Below, one piece after another: positions 53,200 through 64,000 of a stretch of DNA of 64,000 bases. The notes beneath the pieces are model-generated. The model worked only from the letters and a program-made list of their open reading frames with translations, was not told where the DNA came from and ran no database searches. The stretch covers positions 24,516 to 88,515 of the forward strand of contig MU053475.1 in assembly GCA_013239625.1 (NCBI GenBank), read 5' to 3'. This DNA comes from Lama guanicoe (Eukaryota). A program made the position numbers and the translations under genes. How positions within the stretch are numbered: the first letter of the stretch is position 1; each line of letters opens with the position of its first letter.

Positions 53200-56100
53200 T
53201 TTTTTTCTTTTTTAACTTTTTTTATTGGTTTGCAGTCATTTTACAAAGTTGTCTCAAATTCTAGCGTAGAGCATAATTTTGCAGTTCCAATGAACATATA
53301 TACATTTGTTATCCCATTTTTTCCTCTGTGAGCGGCTGTAAGATCTTTTATATAATTTCCTGTGCTATATAGTTCAATCCTGTTTATCTATTCTATAATT
53401 TTTACCTCCAAGTCTATCTCTTCGTGCCCCTCACCACGTTGGCAACCAAAATTTTATTTTCTATCTCTGCGAGTCTTTTTCTCTTTTGTATTTGTGCTTT
53501 TTTTGTTTTGTTTTGTTTTGTTTTTAGATTCCACTGATGAGCCATCTCATATGGTATTTTTCTTTCTCTTTCTGGCTTTCTTTACTTAGACTTATTTTCT
53601 TCTGGGGCATCCATGTTGCTGAAAATGGCATTATGTTGTCGATTTATATGGCTGACTAGTATTCCATTGTATAAATATACCACCTCTTCTATATCCAGTC
53701 AACTGTCAATGGACATTTAGGCTCTTTCCATATATTGGCTATTGTAAATAGTACTGGCTATGAATATTGGGGTGCAGGTGTCATCCTGAAGTGGGGTTCC
53801 TTCTGGACTTATGCCCAGGAGCGGTATTTCTGGGTCATATTGTAAGTCTATTCCTAGGCTTTTGAGAAATCCCATCCTGTTTTCCACAGTGGCTGCACCA
53901 AACTCTATTGCCACCAGCAGTGAAGGGCGGTTCCCTGTTTCCCACAGCCTCTCCAGCATTTGTCATTTGTGGATTTTTGAGTAATGGCCATTCTGACTGG
54001 TGTGAGGTGATACCTCATTGCAGTTTTGATTTGCATTTCTCTGATAATCAGTGATATTGAGCATTTTCTTATGTGCCTTTTGATCATGTGTATGTCTTCC
54101 TTAGAGAATTGCTTGTTTAGGTTTTCTGCCCATTTTTGGATTGCATTGTTTATTTTTTCTTATTCAGGTGAATGAACTGCTTATATACTCTGGAGATCAA
54201 GCCTTTTTCTTTTTCATATGCAAATTTATTTCCCATTCCGTATGTTGTCTTTTTGTTTCACTTCCAGTTTCTTATTTTGCAGAACCTTGCAGGTTTCATT
54301 ATGTCTCATTTGTTTACTCTTGCTTTTATTTCTTCTATGAGAAAATTTTAGAGACGTATGTCATATAATATTTTGCCTATATTTTCCTCTAAGAACTTTA
54401 TTTATATTGTCTTATGTTTAAGCCTTTGATCCATTCTGAGTTTATTTTTGTTTATGGTGTTCTAGCTTCATTGGGAGTGTTCTAGTTTCATTTACGTGCT
54501 GCTGTCCAGTTTTACCAACACCATTTGCTAAATGGACTGTCTCAATTCCATTACTGTCTCAATTGTATTTTCTTGACTACTTTGTCTAAGTTTAATTGAC
54601 TAAATGTTTGCAGTTTCATTTCTGGGCTCTCTATTCTGTTCCATTGGCCTATATGTCTGTTTTCCTACAAATGTAGTGCTGTCATGTTGACTGCAGCTCT
54701 TTAGTATTATCTGTTTCGTTAGCGTAAAGAAATGCCACTGATTTTTGAACCTTAATCTTGTAACGTTCTACATTGCTGAATTCTTCAATAAACTCTAACA
54801 ATTTTTGTCTGGATCTTGAAGGGTTTTCTATATATAGTAACATATTATCTGTATGTAGTGACTTTTACGTCTTCCTTTCCAATTTGCATCCTTTTTACTT
54901 CACTCTCTTGTTTGATTGCTGTGTGTAGGACTTCCAAGATTATATTGAGTTGGAGTAGTGATTGTGTGTATCCTTGTCTTGTCCCAGATTTTAGTGGGAA
55001 GATATTAACTTTCTCACAATTGATTACTTTGCTGGCTGTATGTTTGTTTTCTATAGCTTTCATGATGCTAGATATATTCCTTCTATGCCCACTTTGGTGA
55101 TAGTTTTCATCATCGGTGGGTGTTGAATTTTATCAAATGTTTTTCCTGCATTTATTGAGATATATCATGTGGTTTTGGTCCTTCCTCTTGTTGATGTGCT
55201 GTATTACATTTATTGATTTGCATATGTTGAACCACCCCTGTGTCCCTGGCATGATCCCCAATTTGCCATGATGTATAATCTTTTTTCTGTGTTGTTGGAT
55301 TCTAATTGCTACTATTTTGTTGAGGATTTGATGTCTGTGTTCATCAGAGATAGTGGCCTATAATTCTCTTGTTTGGTAGTGTCTTTGCCTGGTTGTGGTA
55401 TGAGGGTGACTTTGGCTTCATAGAATCACTTTGGGAGTATTCCTTCCTATTTAATCTTCTGGAGGATTTTGAGAAGGAATGGTATGAGCTCTTGTTTGTA
55501 TGTTTGGTAGAATTCCACAGTGAAGCCGTCCGGTCCTGGACTTTTATTTGTAGGGAGGTTTTATATTGCTATTTTGATTTCATTTCTAGTGCTCTGCTTG
55601 TTCAAGGGGTCAGTTTCTTCTTGATTCATTCTTGGTGGACAGTATGTTTCCAGAATATTGTCCGTCGCCTCTAGGTTATCCAGTTTGTTTCCATATAATT
55701 TTCATAATATTTTCATATGTTATTCTGTATTTCTTTTTTATTTGTTGTAATTTCTCCATTCTCCTCTCTTATTTTGCTTATTTGTGCTGTCTGTCTATTC
55801 TACTATTTGAGTTTGGACAGAGGTTTTTCGATTTTACATAGTTTTTCGAATAACCAGCTTTTGGATTGGTGGAATTTTTTCCTATGGTCTTTTTAATCTC
55901 TATTTTATTTATTTCCTCCCCAATATTTATGATTTCCTTCCTTCTGCTGCATTTGGGGTTTTTTCTTCTTCTTCTTCTAATTCATTCTGCTAGTGGGCTA
56001 ATTGTTTATTTGTGATTGCTCTTCATTTATGAGGAAGGCCTGCATCGCTTTAAACTCCCCTCTCAGCACTTCTTTTGCTGTGTCCCATAAATTTTGTGCT

Positions 56101-59100
56101 GTTTTGCTTTCATTTTCTTTTGTCTCAATTTACTTTTTCATTGCAGCTTTGATTTCATCATTGACCCATTGTTTTTTTAATAACATATTACTTAATCTCC
56201 TTGTTTTCCTTTGTTCTCCTTGTTTCTCTGTTGTTCATTTCTAGCTTCATGGCATTGTGGTCAGTAAAGATGCTTGAGTTTATTTCTATCTTCTTAAATT
56301 TGCTGAGGATTCTTTTGTGCCCAAGTATATCATGAAACCTGGAAAATGTCCCATGTGCACTTGGAAAGAATGTATATATTATTTTGTGGGGGTACAATGC
56401 TCTGGAATTATCCACCAAGTGTAATATTTCTATTGAATTATTTAAATTCAATGTTGCCTAATTTATTTTCTGTCTCAGTGATTTGTCCAGTGATGTTAAT
56501 ATAGTGTTGAAATCTCCAACTATGATTAGATTGATGTCACTATCCCCTTTATATCTGTTAATAATTATTTTATGTATTTAGCTGCCCCTCTATTTGTTGC
56601 ATATGTATTAATGAATGTGCTATCCTCATGTTTTATTACTCCTTCAATCATTATAAAATGTCCTTCTTTATCTTTCTTTATGTCCTTTGTTTTTAAGACC
56701 ATTTTGTCTGAAATCTGTACCACAAAACCTGCTTTTTTGGCTTTTCCATTTGAATTGAAAACCCTTTTCCATCTTTTCACTCTCAATCTTTATGTGTCCT
56801 TCTCCTTAAAATTTGTCTCTTGTATGCATCATATTGAATGTTCTTGCTTTATTATTTAGCATTCCACTCTATGACTTTCGACTGGAGCATTTAATCCATT
56901 AACATTTACAATAATCGATGATATGTTTGTGTTTATTGCCATTTTGACCTTTTCTTTGCAATTGATTTGATATTTCCTCTTTGTTCCTTTCATCTTCCTT
57001 TTATGGTTTGGTCATTTTCCTCTGTATTATCATGAATTTTATTTTCTTTCAGTAACTACCTGATAAGTATTTGTCTTGTTGTTACCCTTTTTTATAAGTC
57101 TTTTAGACCATTATTGAAACTGTTTTTATTAAACTCATAGTAACATGATCTCAAACCCATCATACCAAGAATAAAAAATTTTAAAAGGAACGACCAAAAA
57201 AATAAATTCTCTATTTTCCTTCCTCCTTCTCCCACTCTCAATGATTTGTATATGTTGTTTTAAAATATTGTGTGTATTTTATTTGTTATTAATGAGTTAT
57301 CACGTTTCCAGCTGTGAGTTTCACATTTCTGAAGGATCCTGCTGCTTTTCTATTTAGAGTAGACCTTTCAATATTTCTTCTAGCATGGGTCTATTGTTGC
57401 TAAACTCTTGTAGCATTTTCTTGTCTGTGAAATCTTTTTGTCTCCTTCTACTACAAAGTATAGGCTTGCTGTTTAAAGTATCCTACGGTATATCACTTTT
57501 TTAATTCAGGAAATTGAATATAAATTTCCACTCCCATCTGGCTTTTAGTATTAGTTCAGTGAAATCAGCTGGGAGCCTTATGGGAATTCCCTTGTAACTC
57601 ACATTTTGTTATTCTCTTGCTGCCTTTAGGATCATATCTTTATCCTTGACAATAGTCATCTTAATTATATGTCTTGGTGTGGGCCTAATTGTGTTCTTCC
57701 TGTTTGGGACACTCTGAGCTTACTGTACTGGGATATCTGATTCCTTCTTTAAGTTTGGGAAGTTCTCAGTCATGATTTCTTCAAACACCTTTGCAATCCC
57801 CTTTGATCTTTCCTCCTCTTCTGGGACTTGTATCATGCTAAGATTGGCATACTTTATATTAGCCCATAGGTCTCTTATGCTTTTTTCATTTATTTCTCAT
57901 TGTTTCTCTTGCAGCTCTTCTGATTGGATGCTTTCTGTTTTCCTGTCTTCTAAGTCACTAATTCATAACTCTGCATTGTCCAGTCAGCTTTGCGAAACCA
58001 TTTGATCATTTCTCATCTCAGTGAACATGTTTACCTATTCTACTCTGCTCTTCTTTATAGCTTCCATTTCATTTTTAAAATATTTTGTATCTCTAAACAC
58101 TATCTTTTATTTCCATCAATAAGTTGATCACTCCTTTTTTGAAATCTTCATCTAGCAGGCAATCGATATCTATTTCACTGATCGTTCTTTCAGAGGATTT
58201 CTCTTGTTCTTTTAATTGGGAATTGTTTCTCTGCTTCATCTTGCTCCTACCTCTCTGGCACTGTGGTTTATGGAGCATCAGTTATCTACTTTGGTCCTAA
58301 AGGAGTTTATCTACCTAATGCCTATATAGTAACACAACTGAGAAAAGAGAAAAAAGAGAGAGAGAGAGATAATCAATTTTAAAGAAGGGAGAAATAAAGG
58401 TTTGAAGACAATGTATAATGAATAATAGAAAAGCAAGTTGAAGCAGAGTTTTGAAAAATAATAATAATAAAAATATTTTTTAAAATGTAAACGGGATTAA
58501 AATGGGAGTATATAATTGCCTATGAAGTAAAAATTAAGAGTGTAATAGAAAATGGAAGAGGTAAAAACAGATTAAAACAAGGGGGTGGTCTGCGTCCTCC
58601 TGGAGACTGTGTACTTTTAATGTGAACTCTTTCTGTATTCATCCTGTTTGGAAGCTGAGCTTGCTTTTTCCAGAGGCCCTCCATTGAAGCCCTCATTTGT
58701 GCTGTTCCCAGGGCCTGTCAGCAAGCAGATTGCTCCTACTCCCAACACATCTTCCAGGGCAGCTCTCTTTACTGTGGGCTGGCTTGTCACTGCCCTGCCT
58801 GATGCTGCAGTCAGATGTTTCAGACTGACCAGGCAGGAGTGGGCATTATGCCCTCTCCCAGCCACATGGTCAGGGGCTCCATTCCAGCCCAAAAGGTGGG
58901 GGTCACCAGCCCCCTCAGAGTGCCGATCTCTCCACTGCTCTGTGCCACTGTACGGTCTGTCTCAGGTTGGCAAACAGGAATTGGGCTCAAGGTAGACTGA
59001 GGAACATCCTTGTCCCTGTTTTGTGCCAAAACTCAGATTCTTGTTTGTCTTGGCAGAGCAAGTTCTCTGAGGATAAAAGACGGAAGTAGCCTATATGCCT

Positions 59101-59850
59101 CAGGCTGTAGACAAGTCCCCGTCTTGTGCTTGAGGCTGCTAAGTCCTTAGCAGTGGATGCAGGTTTTGCCCCCACTGCCACCTGGATGCAAAGCACCAGA
59201 GACTACAGTGGCTGTGTCTGAGCCCCAGCTCTCTAAACCTAGAAAATTTTGTGGATTTTCAGAGATGGGGAATACACCTTTACCCTCCCAGAGCACTTCT
59301 GTCCTGTTGTTTTGTGGAGATCCCAGGTTGTTCTGCCCTGTGCACCCACAGCAATGGCATACAGCACCCTCCATTCCCCGAGCTGACTCAGTGTATCCAT
59401 CCCAATTTTCATCCCAGATCATGCAGCATGGCATTGCCCTCAGCTGCCTGGATGCATCTGGGGCTGGGTATCACACGGAACCTCTGTATCTTTTTATCTT
59501 AGTTCTGTCAGTCAACTTATACTCTGTAGAGATCCAATCCTTGGAGGCTCCCTCCCATCATGTCAAACTCTCAGTTGGAGAGACGTGAACCAGTGAATGA
59601 GAACCAGTCCTTCTTACCTGCTCCCTCCCTGTGGGACCTATCCCAGTCTGCTTTGCCTTTTCTTCTTTCTTTCTTCCTTTTCTCGTACCAGATTTTTTGC
59701 ATCTTTATCTTTTGAAGGGGACAATGTTCTATCAGAGTTCTGCAGGTTCTCTGGTTAGCTGAGTGGGTCTGTGGATGAGTCTTGTTTCATTTGTGGGAAA
59801 GGGTGAGCTACAAGCATCCTTCTACTACACCATCTTACCCTCCAACCCCC
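53200..59850 (-). mobile_element. Near full-length degenerate LINE-1, paralog of 18446-25068
   Basis: ORF1 N-terminus 58093-58278, endonuclease 56565-56786, RT 54845-55063, C-terminus CWRGCG 53905-54087. Confidence 0.92.
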
Positions 59851-59859
59851 AAAAGTTTC

Positions 59860-62800
59860 ACTGTATGGTGGAAGATAAACACAGCCTGGAAATAGATGGG
59901 AAAGATATTTCATGGAAATGACAAGAAAGTGCAGATTTCAATGTTCAAATTATGCAAAATACACTTTAAAATAAGGGTCAGAATGAAAGAGAAATATGAG
60001 ATTACATAAAGTTAAAGAGATCAATATAANNNNNNNNNNNNNNNNNNNNNNNNNNNNNNNNNNNNNNNNNNNNNNNNNNNNNNNNNNNNNNNNNNNNNNN
60101 NNNNNNNNNNNNNNNNNNNNNNNNNNNNNNNNNNNNNNNNNNNACAGCAAGTATTTTTCCATACACAAAATTATGAAACTATGCATCAACTCTAGAAAGA
60201 AGAACAAGAAAAGCACCAACATGAGATTTAACCACATCATTTAAAAAAATAAAATAAAACAATGTCAAAGATGAATTCAAAGTGGTAATAAAACCATACC
60301 TCGGAACAAAGTACAATGAAAACACAGCTTCATTAAATGTATGAGATGAAGTAAAGGCAAATCTAAGAGGGACGTTTAGAACAACACAAGATTTCTACAA
60401 GGAGAAAGAAAAACCTCACACATAGGACCAAGCATACCACCCAAAATAACTAGAAATAAGAACCAACAAAACCCAAAGGCAGTAGAATGAGTAATCTTTA
60501 ATGATTAGGTTGAAAATAAATATAATAAAAATTAAAAAATAAATTAAAAATCATAAAATCAACAGCTTTATTTTTTCTTAAATATATTAACAAATTGATA
60601 AGCATTTAGCCAGGCTTATCAAGAAATACAGAGAGAGGACTTATACAAAATAATAAATGACACAGTAGAAATAACATCTGTATTACAGAAATACAAACAC
60701 AGATTATGTAAGCACTCTGAGCAGTTACGTGACAAAGAACTGAATGACCTTAAAGAAATAGAAAATTTCTTGAATCGTACAACCTGCCAAAACTGAATAA
60801 AGAGAAAACAGAAAACTTGAAAAAAGCAATCAGGATAAGTTAAATAAAATCTATAACTTTAAAAACACCCCTTGAACAAAATGCCTGGATGCCTTCACTA
60901 AAATCTCTTTCCTCCCAACTATTTCAAAAAATGAAGGAGGAAGGAAAATTCCTAAAGTTATTTTTTGAGGCCACCAATACCATAACAAAATCAGTCATAG
61001 ACACTACAAAAAAAATGAAAATATAAAGCCAATATCCTTGATGAATATACTCTCCAAATTCCTCAAAATCATCAACAAATTAATCCAGCAGCTCAAAGAA
61101 AGGATTATACACGATGATCAGTTGGATTCCTTCCAGAGTCACAGGGATGGTTCAAAATACACAAGTCAATCAGCATGACTCATTTTTAATAAAGGAAGGA
61201 CAAAATTCACAGGGCCATGTCAATACACACAGAAATCCATTAGACAAAATTCAACATACATTCATAATCAGAACTCTCATGAAAGTGATTACATTAGGAA
61301 CATCTCTCAACTTACTAAAGGCCATTTATAATAAATTTTAATACTCAGGGGAAAGACTGAAGACTTCTGGGTAAATTCGGGAAAAGCAGAAGGATTCCTA
61401 CTCTCAGCACTTCTGTTCTGTGGTAAAAGAAGAAAGGAAAAGGGAAGAAGAAGAAGTAAAGAAAGGCAGAAAGGAAAGAAAGAGGCAAAATTGTCACCAT
61501 TACTGATGACATAACAATGTACATAGAGTCCTAAGGGCTCCACACAGGCTATTATGATCAATAAAAAATTTCAGCAAGGGAGCAGGGTGCAAAATTAATG
61601 TAAAGAATTCTCTTGCATTGCTACACATTAATCATGAGATACATTAACATGTACATTGAAAGCAATACTATTTAAAATCCCATCCCACCGAATATCTTGG
61701 AATAAATGTAACCACATATATGAAATATCTACACACTGAAAATTAAAAAGCATTGACAAAGAAATTAAAAAAGATTCAAAGAGTTGGAAAGATGTCTTGT
61801 GCTCTAGATTGAAGGAGTTAACATTGTTAACATGGCCTTACTACACAAAGAAACCTATAGACTTAGTGCAACTCATGTTACGAAGCTGTAGTATTTCCCA
61901 AAGAACCAGAAAAATATAACTCTAAGTTTTACATGAAACTATTAAAAATTGCCAAATTGATCTTCAGATAAAACAACAAATCTGGAGGTATAAACCTTCT
62001 GGTCACATTATTATAATACAAAGCTACAGTAATAAAAACAGCATGGCATTGGCACAGAGATATATTCCATAAAAACATATAGAGAGCCTAGAAATATTTC
62101 CACACACCTATGAGTAGTGAATGAATGATAAAAAAGGCAAGAGTACACAATGGAGAAAAGACAGTCTCGTCAATGGATGTTGTTGAGAAAGCTGGATATC
62201 TACATGTAAAACAGTGAAATGAGAGCATTCCCTGACATCATATACAAAAATAAACTCCAAGTGTATTAAGGACCTAAATGTAAGACCTGATACTATAATT
62301 CTGCTAGAAGGGAATATAGGTGATACCCTATTGGATATATATCATAGGAATATTTTCTTATATCAGTCTCTTATGGCAAAAGAAATAAAAGCAAATCTAA
62401 GCAAGTGGGACCTAAACAAACTTAAAAACTTCTGCACAGATAAGTACACTATAAATGAAATGAAAACATTGTCTGTGTAATTGGGGAACATATATGCAAA
62501 CAATGCAAGTGACCAGGGGTTAATAGATGTAGGCTAATAGATGTAACATGGATTTAGATTACCCAACTCAAGGTGAAAAACAAAAGTCCAATCAAAAACA
62601 AGAGCAGAGTACCTGAGTTACTATTTTTCCAAAGAAAACATATAGATGAGTAACAGGCAGGTGACAAAAAGGCTCAACATTACTAATTACTAGGTAATTG
62701 CAAATCAAAGCGACAATGTATTATCACTTCACACTGGTCAAATGGCTATTATCAAAAAGTCTACTAATAGTAAGTTTTGGAGACGATATGAAGGAAACAA

Positions 62801-63650
62801 ATCACTTGTATACTTTGGTAGGAATTTAAATTGGTACAAATTCTATTTAAATCAATATTCAGATTTCTTTATAAAGGAAAAAGAGAACTACAATATTACA
62901 CAGTAATACCTCTCCTAGGAAAAATCTGGGGAAAAACACTAAATTGAGAAGAACCAATGTTCACAACAGCACAGTTTATAATATGCAAGACAGGAGTCTA
63001 AGAGTCCACAGTAGACTATGGACCTAAGAATATATGATGTTTCTATAAATATGCAATGGAATAATACTCAGCCATGAAAAATTGTAACACATTGCTATTT
63101 CAGCATCATGAATGGACCTAGTAAATATTGTGTTTAGTGAAGTAATTTAGACAAAGACAAAAGTATATAATTTAATTTATATGTGGAATCTAAAGAATAA
63201 CACTTATCTGTGTACATCTATCTAAAGCTATCTATTGATAGATGATAGATAAATAATTAGATAGAAGGATAGATACATAGGCACATGATAGACAGACAGG
63301 TAGATAGATAGATAAATAGATTGATAGAAACATGGTAGAGAGATTAGATAGACAAGACTGAAGCAGATTGAAAGAAACCAGTAAACATTTATGTTTAGCA
63401 AAGATGAAGGGAAAGGCAATTTAACGGTAGGACATTGACAAATACAATGTAATATACATAAAGGAGATAAACAACAAGGATAATCTGTATAGATCACCGA
63501 ATTATTCACAATAGCATGTAATAATTGCATGTTACAATTATTGTAATCATTTATTATGCAATATAATCTACAAAGAGGTTGGAATCACTAAGCTGTACAT
63601 CTGAAACTTCACAGTATAGTACATCTACTGTACTTGAATTAAAATTAAAA
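59860..63650 (+). mobile_element. Degenerate LINE-1 ORF2 and 3'UTR, paralog of 25080-29172
   Basis: Colinear with the unit A element. Confidence 0.85.
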
Positions 63651-64000
63651 CATCTCATGTATAATTAAGTCATTTTTCTGATGATAGCATCTTCCTTTAA
63701 TATTGTTTTATTTTTACTCTTTACATTTTATGACTACAGATTAAAATTGTTTCTTATACTGTTGTGAACATCTTACCAGATTGATGTACCTATATTTTTT
63801 GCAACTGATTTCCTATTTTTCTCTCTTTAACCCATATAGAATAGTAGCATTTAAAAACATACCCAAAAAAAAGTTGCAAATTTCTCGTAGTCTCTGCTTA
63901 GTATTTTGTTCAATGTTTTGTGTATTTTTGCCATTTTATTTTTCTTAGAATAGCTCTTTTCTGCACCTCTTGTAAGATGTGTCTGTTTTGCTTTTTTAAA

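Larger units (their letters stand above)
35471..64000 (+). repeat. Tandem segmental duplication unit B (runs off the window end)
   Basis: Same order and orientation of HSFY, L1s, LTR and microsatellites as 1-29500. Confidence 0.95.

Overview
AT-rich, CpG-poor mammalian DNA dominated by LINE-1, with several N gaps. It holds about 1.8 copies of a ~35 kb head-to-tail tandem unit (unit A ~1-35470; unit B ~35470-64000, incomplete). Each unit carries one two-exon HSFY gene (Y-linked heat shock transcription factor) on the minus strand, so this is most likely a Y-chromosome ampliconic array. The host may be a cetartiodactyl, possibly a camelid; this is a weak inference from L1 3' ends and the absence of recognisable Alu, PRE-1, Bov-tA or Can SINEs. 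The units are only ~88% identical where I compared them by hand. HSFY copy A is a multiply disabled pseudogene. Copy B has an open exon 1 and intact splice sites, and is one base away from a 402-aa ORF. As assembled it encodes a 257-aa protein that keeps the DNA-binding domain. Other notable items: a CRE-like plus RFX X-box promoter module; a 444-bp solo betaretrovirus-like LTR containing a CTE-like (NXF1/TAP) RNA export motif, present in both units; and a unit-A-only, U5-less betaretroviral LTR flanked by a 61-bp target duplication. I do not see convincing evidence of a wholly new biological system.
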